The notes beneath the pieces are model-generated. The model searched no databases. It saw only the letters and a program-made list of their open reading frames with translations, and had not been told where the DNA came from. From the NCBI GenBank assembly GCA_033763455.1, contig JANRKO010000092.1:92477-156476 (forward strand): a stretch of 64,000 bases of DNA, given 5' to 3'. Source of the stretch: Polyangiaceae bacterium. Its GTDB lineage: Bacteria > Myxococcota_A > Polyangia > Polyangiales > Polyangiaceae. The translations under genes and the position numbers were made by a program. Positions 1-8,938 of the stretch are shown piece after piece (position 1 is the stretch's first letter; every line of letters starts with the position of its first letter).

Positions 1-2690
1 TCTTGGGCCACAACACCTTGAAAACCCCAACGAGCAGGCATGAGGAACATCGGCCACTTCAGCATCGGATTGGTGGTCATGGGTACCATCAGGCCGCCGA
101 GCACGACTTGCGGAATGAGTGCGATCGGGGTGAGCGCCATGGCCGCTTCACTGCTTTCCACAATCGCGCTCAAGAGCAGACCCACTGCCACTGAATTGAT
201 CGATACCGCTACGAGAGTTGCGAGCTCTAGGCCAAAGGCGACAATTCCACCGTTGAAGCTGAGCGCGAAAAACACAATCGCAAGCAATGTGGCGCACTGC
301 ACCACGCAGATCGCCCCGAGCAACACGAACTTCGAGAAGACGTAGTTGAAAAGCTTCAGGTTCACCATGCGCTCGCGCCGATAGATCGCGCGTTCGCTCA
401 CGATTTCGCGCGCGGCATTGCTCGTTCCAAACCACACGGCGGCCACCACGAGGAAGAAGATGGCTCCCGCGTGGTCAGGCGTGGCCTGCATGCTGTTCAA
501 CATGCCCTCGGCTTTATTGAGCCCACCCGAGCGTTGGCCGAGCTCCTGCAGAGCGCCTAAGCACCAAAACGGAATCGCGTCTTTTTGGCCACCAAATACC
601 AAGGCCAAGAGAACGCCGATGATGGGCGCTTGCAGCAGCATGATCGCGGTGCCCATTCCATCGCGGAATTTCACCTTGAAGTAGCGGCTGAGCAGAAGGC
701 CAAATTGACCGCGCGTGGCGGGACGTTTACGTGAAACAGCGGGCTGTGTGGAGCCGGCGCCCACGGCTCTTCTTCCCGAATACATTTCCTCAAAGATGGG
801 ATTCTGCGGGCTAAAAAACTCGCGATTCCATTCTTCTGCAGCTTGCCGGCGAGCCAGGACGCGGGGCGCGTTGGGATCTTGAGCGCGCATAGCGTCAAAG
901 ATGGGCCGCTCGCGGCGATTTAACATGTCGAACATGTCACGCGGATTATCAACCGTATTTTTCTGACCCAATTTTTCGAGGAACGAACCAAAAAAGCGGT
1001 AACCGCCCGTGCTCGGTCCGTAATAGATGGGCAAGCCGCCTTGGCCCAAGATCAACGCTAGGTTAAACTTCTCATACTCTTCGCGGGCAGGCTGGTGGAT
1101 GGTGGTGATGATCGTTTTGCCAGTATTTTTAGCCAGATCCGACAAGAGCGTGACGAGTGCTGTGGTGTCGTCCGCGGCCAAACCACTTGTGGGCTCATCC
1201 AGGAACATGATGACGGGGTCCGTCACCAGCTCCATAGCAATGTTGACGCGTTTTCTTTGCCCGCCACTCAATACTTTCTTCTCTGGGCGTCCGATCTGCA
1301 GGTGTGCCACGGCTTCGAGCCCGAGTTGCTGCAGCGTAGTCTCCACGCGGCGATCGATTTCTTCGTCCGAGTAATCTGGAGGAAGGCGGAATTTAGCGCT
1401 GTAGCGCACCGCTTCCCAAACGGTTAACTCGGGGTGAACGATGTCGTCTTGAGGCACATAGCCAATGGAGCCCCGGAGGGCATCGTAGATGGTGTAGAGA
1501 TCTTCGCCGTTGATACGAACTTGGCCGTAGGTTGGTGGCAAGTAGCCGTTGAGCGTTAGCAGGAGCGTCGTTTTCCCGGCACCGCTTGGCCCCATGAGAG
1601 CAATGAGATCGCCCGGAAGTGCTTTGAAATTAACGTGATCCAGCAGAGTTTTGAGGGCACTCGGGTTGTCGCGGTCGGGTACCTGGAGCACCAAATCCCA
1701 AGCTTCGATCTCGTAAAGAGCGCGGCCCGCCCATTGGGCGGAGTCTTCCACCACCACCGAGACGTCTTGCCCCGCCACTTGCAACAGCAAGGGCATCGGA
1801 CCGATGAAGACTTTTTCTCCGTGGCTCACGGCTACGCGTTGGCCGGGCGGGATGCGCTGGCCGCGCACATACGTGCCGTTGGCACTTCCCAGATCTTCCA
1901 GGAAGAGCTTGCCGCCAACGCTGTGGAGCAACGCGTGTTTGCTCGATACCTGCGGGCTCGCAAGCACGATCTTGTTATCCGGCGTGCGACCGATGGTCTG
2001 GGTGCTCGCGGGCGCGGAGCCACCCATCATGATCTGACCGACTACGGTCTTGTGTCGGGGCCGTGTAGCTGGGTCCAGCGGGGCGGCGGCGGGCGCAGGT
2101 GCGTGGGCCGGTGGATGGGCCGGCGAATGAGTGGGGCCCAGCGTTTGTGCTAGCTGCCGCACCAACTCCACCGGAAGGGGCACAGGGCCAAGGGCTAAGA
2201 GCGCATGTGGATCCAAAGCGTGAACCTGCTCGGGCGCCAGGCGCTGCCCGGCTAGCCAGGTTCCGCTCTTCGAACTGTGATCCGTAACACTGAGTGGCGA
2301 AACGGTGAAGGTTGCGTGGAGGCCCGAAACGTTGGAGTTGGCAACCACGATATTGGCGCGTGCCGGATCTCGCCCGAAGCTAAGCGTTCCGGGCACTACC
2401 GGAGCTTGCCCCGGGGTGAGCAGCATGAGGCTGAGCGCTGGGTGGGCATTCGGAAGTGGCGTGTTGCCCAATACAAACTGCGAGCGAAAATCAAACGGAA
2501 CCTGTGAACCAGGGGCCACCGGTGCGCCGTTCACTCCCGAGGGCGCTACTCCGAGGTCTTGAAACATGAGCCCCGCATCTGTGAATACAATGCGAGCATG
2601 TTCTGGTGCAACATCGGGTGTGCCCAGGCGAATGTCGCAGTGAGCCGCACTACCGAGTATTATCGAACGTTTGCCGAAGCCAGGGATCAT
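1..2690 (-). CDS. FHA-domain ABC transporter (3 FHA + ATPase + ABC-2 permease, Rv1747-like), 3' end runs off the window
   Basis: Manual translation from ATG at 2690 (MIPGFGKRSIILG..). FHA motifs FGRDP..VSGLHA..SGT and IGRTP..VSSKHA..ANGT, Walker A GPSGAGKTT, signature LSGGQRKRVNIA, Walker B FLDEPTSG, then hydrophobic helices. Missing from the ORF track because there is no stop in the window. Confidence 0.9.
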   Translation of the reverse strand, partial: MIPGFGKRSIILGSAAHCDIRLGTPDVAPEHARIVFTDAGLMFQDLGVAPSGVNGAPVAPGSQVPFDFRSQFVLGNTPLPNAHPALSLMLLTPGQAPVVPGTLSFGRDPARANIVVANSNVSGLHATFTVSPLSVTDHSSKSGTWLAGQRLAPEQVHALDPHALLALGPVPLPVELVRQLAQTLGPTHSPAHPPAHAPAPAAAPLDPATRPRHKTVVGQIMMGGSAPASTQTIGRTPDNKIVLASPQVSSKHALLHSVGGKLFLEDLGSANGTYVRGQRIPPGQRVAVSHGEKVFIGPMPLLLQVAGQDVSVVVEDSAQWAGRALYEIEAWDLVLQVPDRDNPSALKTLLDHVNFKALPGDLIALMGPSGAGKTTLLLTLNGYLPPTYGQVRINGEDLYTIYDALRGSIGYVPQDDIVHPELTVWEAVRYSAKFRLPPDYSDEEIDRRVETTLQQLGLEAVAHLQIGRPEKKVLSGGQRKRVNIAMELVTDPVIMFLDEPTSGLAADDTTALVTLLSDLAKNTGKTIITTIHQPAREEYEKFNLALILGQGGLPIYYGPSTGGYRFFGSFLEKLGQKNTVDNPRDMFDMLNRRERPIFDAMRAQDPNAPRVLARRQAAEEWNREFFSPQNPIFEEMYSGRRAVGAGSTQPAVSRKRPATRGQFGLLLSRYFKVKFRDGMGTAIMLLQAPIIGVLLALVFGGQKDAIPFWCLGALQELGQRSGGLNKAEGMLNSMQATPDHAGAIFFLVVAAVWFGTSNAAREIVSERAIYRRERMVNLKLFNYVFSKFVLLGAICVVQCATLLAIVFFALSFNGGIVAFGLELATLVAVSINSVAVGLLLSAIVESSEAAMALTPIALIPQVVLGGLMVPMTTNPMLKWPMFLMPARWGFQGVVAQ

Positions 2691-2741
2691 AGATGGGATG
2701 CCTTGGGAGAGGGGAACACGGAGGTTAACTTGCAGGCGCTT

Positions 2742-4910
2742 TTAGTGCAGGTGCACAGCGAATTCGGCGCGACCGATTCGCAACAGTGATTCATCCACCA
2801 CGGGCAGCCACGCTCCGAGCGGTGCCTTGGTGCCGTTCACGTGTGTGCCGAGCTCAGCTTGCTCAGTGCGTACGAAAAGCCGCCCATCCTCCAGCTTAAG
2901 TGAGGCGTGGACGGGTGCGGCTTGGGTGGCATCAAGCACGATGCTGCAGTGCTGAAGATCGCTCCCAGCTCTGATTTCTGCGCCCGGCACGATGGTGAAC
3001 ACGCCCGGGGCTCCCTCTAGAATCGCACGCCTTCCCTGCGCGAGATCTTCGGCGGTGAGTGCCCGGGGCGGCTCTTGGCGTGCCTCCGCCCTATAGCCAG
3101 GCCCAGGCCCAGGCGGCGGCTGTTGCCCGCCGTAGCCCGGAGGAGGGCCGTAACCGCCTCCGGGAGGAGGGCCATAACCGCCGGGCCCTGTTGGACCGGA
3201 AGGACGCCGCTTCTTACCACTTTGCGCGATCACAATAATCAGTAAAAGCACTACGACAACGCCAAAGGCTCCTGCAAGTACGTAGAGGAGCGGAAACGGC
3301 GGCTCCGTCCCCGGCAGTTCCACAATCGTATCGGCAGTGACACCACTGGCTCGGTGAGCTTTGTTGTCGTAAACCACCAAACGCACAATGGCTTGGGATC
3401 CCGAGCCTTGCAGCAGCTTGTCTTTATCGGGTGCTTGAAATTCGACCACCGTGTCATTGGCGCTTACCGTGGTCCCCTTCATTCCCATAGCGATGAGCTG
3501 CTGTTGCGCATTTTTGGCAGCTGCGATGTCTTTGCCGGTCAGCTCCTTGGGTACGGCTTGCCCTGCCGGGAGGAAATAGACCTCTGCTCGGGATGCGTCG
3601 CCACCCCAACAAAAATCACCGTAAACTTTGAAGTTCCCGCCCGCGTAAACGCCGTTTTGGCGCTTGGCTGCATCCTTGGTGAGCTGGATGTTCACGTCGA
3701 GCGGCCAAGCCGTTGGGTCGACCCCGATTGGAACATCTTTAAATGTGTTGTCTCCACCGATCTGGGGCTTCACGTCGCTGAACACCAAGTTGAAAGTTTG
3801 GGTCACCGTGGGCGCCAAACAAGAAACTTTCCACTTGACGATGTGCATCTTGGCAAAGCGTGAGCGCACAGCGTTCACCACAGCGGAAGCGCGCGCGCCT
3901 TGGCCCTCCTGCACCACGGTGAAGAATCCGCCGATCTGGGGGTTGGCCAGGTTCTGCATGAACTCGAGCGAGTTCTGTCGAAATTCGTCGATGCTGCGGT
4001 AGGGAAAGAGGACGCTGATAACCGGCACCGGCACCTTGGGGGCAGCAGTATTGTTTTCGGGGAAGCGCCCTTGGGTCATGTATTGTTGAAGCTGCATCGC
4101 TCCGGGGCCGCTTGTTGCTGCATCCGCACCGCCGTAGCCATTCGAGAGCACCACCATCGCTTGGTGGAGCGGCACCGTGACAGTCTCGCCCACGTTTCCG
4201 AGCGCCCCGAAACCATCAGTGGCGGCCTGTTTGATGATGCTAAGCAAGCTGCGGGTGCGGCCTTGGCTCGGATAGGTACCGGTTACGCTATCGACGAACC
4301 CGGTTACTTTGTCTTTGGCGGCGGCGCTGTTCCACTGCGAGTCCTGCACGACTTGGCGGTCGTTGAAGAACATCACGTTAACAATGTCGTTGGGCCCCAT
4401 GCTGGCAACGAAGCGGCGGGCAACCTGCCGCGCATCGTCGAGGCTCTTGCCCATGCGCTTGTCTGCGTCGATGAGGATGAGCCAAGCGGTTCCTACTCCG
4501 GGCTCGGCCTGGCTATCGCCCCACTTGGTGTGGCTCACATGCGTTGCGGGGCGTTCGGACCCCTCTACGAGCACGGTAAACAGGGCCTGTTTTTCTGGAA
4601 ACGGAAATGGTGTGTAGAGCGCGTACGGCTTTTCTAGTGCATCGCTCATGCACGAAAACTGAGCGCTACCGGTCAACGTCGCGCACGGCGCGATCACTGA
4701 ACTTACGCGGGTGCTCTGGACGATCTCCACCAAAGTGGTGAGCACTGGATTGCCTCCCCCTTGCGAAGCCCTGGGATCGACCCGAAGAATGTGTGCCTCG
4801 GGGGCAGCGTGGGCTCCAAATGGGAGGAGCCAGATGGCGCACAGGATAATGAGTGCCTGCCACGGCAGGGAGCGACGTGGAGCAAGAGCGGGGGAGCCTT
4901 TGGTAAACAT
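2742..4910 (-). CDS. Membrane-anchored vWA-like protein with GYGPPP linker and degenerate C-terminal FHA
   Basis: Signal peptide (..FGAHA|APE), vWA-like LILIDAD..VNVMFFND..MVVLSNG, TM helix, Gly/Pro/Tyr repeats, FHA-like tail. Start moved to ATG 4910 because ATG 5000 lies inside the rplS terminator. Confidence 0.75.
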   Translation of the reverse strand: MFTKGSPALAPRRSLPWQALIILCAIWLLPFGAHAAPEAHILRVDPRASQGGGNPVLTTLVEIVQSTRVSSVIAPCATLTGSAQFSCMSDALEKPYALYTPFPFPEKQALFTVLVEGSERPATHVSHTKWGDSQAEPGVGTAWLILIDADKRMGKSLDDARQVARRFVASMGPNDIVNVMFFNDRQVVQDSQWNSAAAKDKVTGFVDSVTGTYPSQGRTRSLLSIIKQAATDGFGALGNVGETVTVPLHQAMVVLSNGYGGADAATSGPGAMQLQQYMTQGRFPENNTAAPKVPVPVISVLFPYRSIDEFRQNSLEFMQNLANPQIGGFFTVVQEGQGARASAVVNAVRSRFAKMHIVKWKVSCLAPTVTQTFNLVFSDVKPQIGGDNTFKDVPIGVDPTAWPLDVNIQLTKDAAKRQNGVYAGGNFKVYGDFCWGGDASRAEVYFLPAGQAVPKELTGKDIAAAKNAQQQLIAMGMKGTTVSANDTVVEFQAPDKDKLLQGSGSQAIVRLVVYDNKAHRASGVTADTIVELPGTEPPFPLLYVLAGAFGVVVVLLLIIVIAQSGKKRRPSGPTGPGGYGPPPGGGYGPPPGYGGQQPPPGPGPGYRAEARQEPPRALTAEDLAQGRRAILEGAPGVFTIVPGAEIRAGSDLQHCSIVLDATQAAPVHASLKLEDGRLFVRTEQAELGTHVNGTKAPLGAWLPVVDESLLRIGRAEFAVHLH

Positions 4911-4980
4911 ACGGGCCAAGACTCTAGAGGATTTTGCGCGCACCCGTGAGTCAGGGAGGGCGCCCGGGAGACCTAGACGC

Positions 4981-5011
4981 AAAAAAGCCCGCAAAGACAT
5001 GCGGGCTTTTT
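4981..5011 (-). terminator. Intrinsic terminator downstream of rplS (A/T tracts on both sides)
   Basis: AAAAAAGCCCGCA-aagaca-TGCGGGCTTTTT. Confidence 0.85.
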
Positions 5012-5052
5012 CTGGTTTCCGCCGTTTGGGCGGCTGACCGAAGGCTACTTCT

Positions 5053-5412
5053 TCAACGATCTTTTTCGTCTCTTACGCGAGCAGCCTTACCTACGAGGTC
5101 ACGCAAATAGAATAGGCGGCCGCGACGAACGACGCCGCGAGAGAGCACCTCAATCTTATCGATGCGGGGTGAGTGGGAGGCGAAAGCACGCTCCACGCCA
5201 ACGCCAAAGCTCACTTTGCGGACCGTGAAGGTCGAACGGCTCCCGGCACGATGGCGCTTGAGCACCACGCCCTTGAAGACCTGAACGCGCAACTTGTCGC
5301 CTTCGACGATTTTGTAGTGAACCGCTACGGTGTCCCCGACCTTAAAATCAGGCAAATCCGTGCGGATGAATTGGGCCTCGATGGGCGCGATGAGTGAGGC
5401 TGTGAGGGGCAT
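5053..5412 (-). CDS. rplS: 50S ribosomal protein L19
   Basis: [51 protein letters not shown]; start ATG 5412. Confidence 0.97.
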   Translation of the reverse strand: MPLTASLIAPIEAQFIRTDLPDFKVGDTVAVHYKIVEGDKLRVQVFKGVVLKRHRAGSRSTFTVRKVSFGVGVERAFASHSPRIDKIEVLSRGVVRRGRLFYLRDLVGKAARVRDEKDR

Positions 5413-5452
5413 GACTTTCAAAAAACTCCCTGGCCGAGTTAGAGGGCCCGGG

Positions 5453-5481
5453 TATCTAGGCGGTTGTTTCAGCGTCGTCAA
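5453..5481 (-). promoter_or_regulatory. Putative sigma70 promoter for rplS
   Basis: TTGACG-N17-TAGATA on the minus strand. Confidence 0.5.
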
Positions 5482-5524
5482 CCGAAACAGCCTTGTTTTT
5501 TGTTTGGCCGCAGCTCAAGTCGGC

Positions 5525-5553
5525 TTGACGTCGGAGGCACGGAGGGCTATCCC
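5525..5553 (+). promoter_or_regulatory. Putative sigma70 promoter for rplC
   Basis: TTGACG-N17-TATCCC (weak -10). Confidence 0.4.
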
Positions 5554-5589
5554 CCCGGCCCGTTTTCAGAATTGCAGGAATTTAAAGCC

Positions 5590-6246
5590 ATGAATCAGTT
5601 TCCGGGTGTCTTTGGTCGCAAAGTTGGCATGACACAGATTTTCACCGAGGACGGCACCGTCGTTCCCTGCACCGTGGTCGAGAGCAAGCCCGTCGTGGTG
5701 GGCAAGCGCACGAAGGAGAAAAACGGCTACGACGCCCTCCTGCTCGGTCTGGGCCAGCGCAAGCCGAAGCACGTTAACAAGCCTCTTGCCGGGTTCTATA
5801 AGGGCATGAGCCACGCGCCTGCGGCTATCCTCCGTGAGCTCCGTTGCGCGGCAGAGTTCGCGTCCAAGTACGAGGTCGGACAGGAAGTGAAGCTCGACGA
5901 AGTTTTCCAAGAAGGCCAGTCCGTGGACGTCCAGGGTGTTACGCGCGGTCGCGGCTTCACCGGCGTCATGCGCCGCCACAACTTCAAAGGCGCTAAGCGC
6001 AGCCACGGTGCTCACGAGTATCAGCGCCACGGCGGTGCCATCGGTACCAACATGACGCCAGGTCGCGTCATGGCCGGCAAGCGCATGCCGGGACAGTACG
6101 GCAATGAGCAGGTCACCGTGCACAATCAGCCCGTGGTCAAAGTCATGGCCGATCAAGGCCTCTTGTTGATCCGCGGCGCGATCCCGGGTGCCAAGAATGG
6201 CCTCGTTGTGGTGCGCGGCGCTGTTAAAGTTCGCAACATTAAGTAA
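5590..6246 (+). CDS. rplC: 50S ribosomal protein L3
   Basis: GRKVGMTQIF..GRGFTGVMRRHNF..SHGAHEYQRHGGAIG..PGRVMAGKRMPG; ATG 5590 with AGGA upstream. Confidence 0.97.
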   Translation: MNQFPGVFGRKVGMTQIFTEDGTVVPCTVVESKPVVVGKRTKEKNGYDALLLGLGQRKPKHVNKPLAGFYKGMSHAPAAILRELRCAAEFASKYEVGQEVKLDEVFQEGQSVDVQGVTRGRGFTGVMRRHNFKGAKRSHGAHEYQRHGGAIGTNMTPGRVMAGKRMPGQYGNEQVTVHNQPVVKVMADQGLLLIRGAIPGAKNGLVVVRGAVKVRNIK

Positions 6247-6337
6247 CAGGGATCCACGCCCGACAGATGCCGTTCGCACTTTGGCGATCGGCGCATTCCG
6301 CCAGGGCGAAACGGCTACCAGTGGCGCGATGCGCACA

Positions 6338-7753
6338 CTATGCCATGAGGAGTTCCCGTCCCCGGACTATGTGAACGCCGCCCAGGACGCGCGGCGCGCC
6401 TCTAGAAACCTCCGGGACTAACAGCGCTCGAACTACTGACTCCGCCTTGAAGCGCAAGGCGGGCGCGGGCAGCAGCTTACGTGCTGTCTCGTGAGCAAGC
6501 CGCTCAAGCTCGCGAACATCAAAGGGGCGCGCTGACCACTTCACCTCAGCGGTAAGGAGCCGTTTACCATCGTCCGACGCGCTAACGAGATCCCACTCGG
6601 GGGCGTTCCCTCGCCACCAGCGCGCGGGGGTGCGCCATGGTCCGAGCCGTCCGAGAGCTGAGCGGTGGTCGATATCAGTGACAAATGTTCGACACAATTC
6701 CTCCCAAGCCAAGGCAGCGAGAATGGGCCAGTGCGTGCGCAAGAGGGCAATTCGCTCGTTAGCCTTACTCGAAGCCAAGCGTCCGCGATTGGGAGCTACC
6801 ACTCGAAACCAGAGGCGCGCGAACGGATCATTGAGCTTGTACAGGCTGCGTTTGCTGAGGTGTTCCGGCTCGCCGTAAGGAACTTCGCGGGAAATCAGAC
6901 CTAGCTCCTGTAGGCGTTGGAGAGGCCGCGACAGTGAAGTAGCTTTCCATCCGATGCGACCTGCAATCTCCGAGGCCCGGTGCACCCCTTGCCCGACAGT
7001 ATCAAGGATCGGACGCAGCTCAACTGCTGAAGGGACTTCCTCCAGAAGCAGCCGATCGGGCTCCGTGTGCAGTGGCCCAAGCGGGTTCAAAACAAGGGCA
7101 TCAATCTGAGATTCCACGCCGTTGCCAGCTTCGACGGCGAGCTCCCAGTAGCGCGGCACGCCACCCCAGGCCGCATACAACTGGACCAGCTCGATGATCG
7201 AACGCTTGCCGAAGGCGCTGGGCAGGTACCGCGGCGACAAAGGCTTGACCTCGAATAGCGCTTCGGCCCGACCATAAAGTGGCGCAGATGCGGCCAGCAC
7301 CAAACCTTGCATCATGCGCTGGCTGGACCCAGCGAGTGCAAGCGTTAGCCGAGCGGCTTTGGCCTCGTGGTCGATGAAGCGCTGCAGCACACTCGCGATC
7401 TCCGGCGCTGCGAACGCCAGATAAGGGAGCTCGTCTATCACCAACGGGCCATGCCACTTTCGAGCTCGTGCATCGCGCGCAAGGCGCGAAAATAAACTCG
7501 CCCAATCCGGGTACTCAACGTCCGCGAACCCCGGCAACACCTGAGCAACAGTGCTGGCGAAGTAGCGTCGTTGCACCTCGGGCGCGGATTGATCGGCGAC
7601 GGTATAGAGCCCCCCGTTTCGCTCTGCCCATTCAAGAAGCAGGCGAGTCTTCCCGATTCGCCGCCGCCCATAGACAACAGCTAACCGCCCCCCGGTACCG
7701 GAAAGCAGGCGCACCAGTACTTCCATCTCCTCATTTCGGTTGATGAAGCGCAT
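6338..7753 (-). CDS. AAA-family (archaeal-type) ATPase with wHTH and C-terminal DUF234/PD-(D/E)xK-like domain
   Basis: MRFINRNEE, Walker A YGRRRIGKT, Walker B VIDELPYL, GGVPRY, YKLNDPFARLWF, C-terminal EWDLV..AEVKW. Confidence 0.85.
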   Translation of the reverse strand: MRFINRNEEMEVLVRLLSGTGGRLAVVYGRRRIGKTRLLLEWAERNGGLYTVADQSAPEVQRRYFASTVAQVLPGFADVEYPDWASLFSRLARDARARKWHGPLVIDELPYLAFAAPEIASVLQRFIDHEAKAARLTLALAGSSQRMMQGLVLAASAPLYGRAEALFEVKPLSPRYLPSAFGKRSIIELVQLYAAWGGVPRYWELAVEAGNGVESQIDALVLNPLGPLHTEPDRLLLEEVPSAVELRPILDTVGQGVHRASEIAGRIGWKATSLSRPLQRLQELGLISREVPYGEPEHLSKRSLYKLNDPFARLWFRVVAPNRGRLASSKANERIALLRTHWPILAALAWEELCRTFVTDIDHRSALGRLGPWRTPARWWRGNAPEWDLVSASDDGKRLLTAEVKWSARPFDVRELERLAHETARKLLPAPALRFKAESVVRALLVPEVSRGAPRVLGGVHIVRGRELLMA

Positions 7754-7793
7754 TATGCTGGGAAACATAATGCAATACCGCATAATATGTCAA
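7751..7793 (-). promoter_or_regulatory. Promoter/operator of the AAA ATPase gene
   Basis: Perfect -35 TTGACA (7788-7793, minus) with N18-TATGTT; inverted repeat CATTATG-N8-CATAATG (7751-7772) plus third half-site CATAATA (7781-7787). Confidence 0.55.
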
Positions 7794-7937
7794 ATGGCGT
7801 GCGCGTCCGCGGCGGAAAACGCCCGTACCATGAAAATCCTCAGCCGAGATGAGCGCTTTGACAAGAAGAGCGGTGGGGCTCGCGAACGAACATGGCGCCC
7901 ATCGCAACAAGCTGAGCTTGAGCGTTGATCCCTTTGA

Positions 7938-8084
7938 TCAGGGGCAGCCGATGTCTACGTCTAAAGTGAGCACGGGTGCCCCTTGTAGGGCTGCCGCGAC
8001 ACCACCCACGACCATAAACTCCACACGGTGCTCGCACAGCACTCGGAGCATTTTTCCCCAATCGACTACCGCCATTGGTGCCAT
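7938..8084 (-). pseudogene. Truncated nucleotidyltransferase (Pol-beta superfamily, DUF6036-like)
   Basis: Manual translation MAPMAVVDWGKMLRVLCEHRVEFMVVGGVAAALQGAPVLTLDVDIGCP*; GG..DxD motif followed almost at once by a stop. Confidence 0.75.
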
Positions 8085-8102
8085 GCGCAGAAGCGGAATC
8101 CG

Positions 8103-8213
8103 CTACTCCACGGCGGGAATACGACGGACTGAAGCCAGCGAGTTCAGGAAATTTTCCACGGCCTTGAGGCGTTCGGTAGGCGTTAAACCAAGATATCCCG
8201 ATTCGTCGGTCAC
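8103..8213 (-). pseudogene. Short ORF or remnant resembling the small partner gene found upstream of such nucleotidyltransferases
   Basis: VTDESGYLGLTPTERLKAVENFLNSLASVRRIPAVE*; LTPxERL motif; GTG overlaps the GGDEF stop (GTGA). Confidence 0.5.
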
Positions 8214-8938
8214 AAAGGACGCTCTATGCGTGCGCCACAGTTGGGGCAGAATAGCTCGCCCTGATGAGGGCTCCCGAGCGGAACTTCCAAAGTGAACGAC
8301 GAATTGCACTCGCGACAGTCATCGCGAATGCTGCGGCGCTGCGCCTTCTCGACGTCAGGAGAGTAGCGGATAACGCAGTTTCGGCCTTGGATTTTGGCCG
8401 TTCCCACGGTTGCCTCGAGCATGCGCATTGCAACCCGATGTGTGAGAATCTCATCGCCCGTATCGTCAGAAGTCATCCACCCAATGCTGACAGTGCAGCT
8501 CATCGTGCCATGCTCGGTTGAAACCGCAATGCCTTCGATTTCTGCGCGCAAGCGCTGAAGCGCGTCGTGAATTGAGCCTTCGACGACATTGGGGCCTTTA
8601 GGCCCAAGCAGATAGAACTCATCTCCGTGTGCACGAATGGGCATGGTACTAGCGATGTAGTCCTCAAACGCTGCCAGCCGCTTCCCAATCTTCTGAAGTA
8701 GGCCGTCCGCTAGTTCGTACCCAAATTTGTCGTTGACGCGCTTGAAGTAATCGACCTCGATGAATGCAAACCAGAAAGGCTCACCGCGTTCCAGTGCGTT
8801 CCTCAGGCTTTCTGCGAGCGCCTGATCATTGCCGAGCCCGGTGAGCCGATCACGGAGCTGCTCCTCGCGGACAAGCGCTTCAATCTGCCGTTGCAGCTCC
8901 CCAAGCGCGGCTTCCAACTTCTGAGTCTGCTGTGTCAA
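8210..8938 (-). CDS. Variant GGDEF protein with N-terminal coiled coil and C-terminal Zn ribbon
   Basis: DRLTGLGN, EVDYFKRVNDKFGY..AD, RAHGDEF, TVSIG, AK..GRN; CRECNS..FCPNCG. Confidence 0.9.
   Translation of the reverse strand: MTQQTQKLEAALGELQRQIEALVREEQLRDRLTGLGNDQALAESLRNALERGEPFWFAFIEVDYFKRVNDKFGYELADGLLQKIGKRLAAFEDYIASTMPIRAHGDEFYLLGPKGPNVVEGSIHDALQRLRAEIEGIAVSTEHGTMSCTVSIGWMTSDDTGDEILTHRVAMRMLEATVGTAKIQGRNCVIRYSPDVEKAQRRSIRDDCRECNSSFTLEVPLGSPHQGELFCPNCGARIERPL

Noticed and set aside
4911..5000. N-terminal extension of the 752-aa ORF
   Set aside because: ATG 5000 sits in the loop of the rplS terminator; ATG 4910 gives a better signal peptide.
5566..6336. 256-aa antisense ORF over rplC, and similar long antisense ORFs (3900-4637, 42866-43702, 14606-15226)
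   Set aside because: Shadow ORFs expected from GC-rich codon bias opposite well-supported genes.
7840..8295. Track ORFs 7840-8061 (-) and 7849-8295 (+)
   Set aside because: No motifs; the region is better explained by the truncated nucleotidyltransferase in another frame.
8210..8938. Calling the GGDEF protein a Hypr (cGAMP) cyclase or an mCpol
   Set aside because: The specificity Asp is retained rather than Ser, and the fold motifs are those of a full GGDEF; the product cannot be assigned from sequence.
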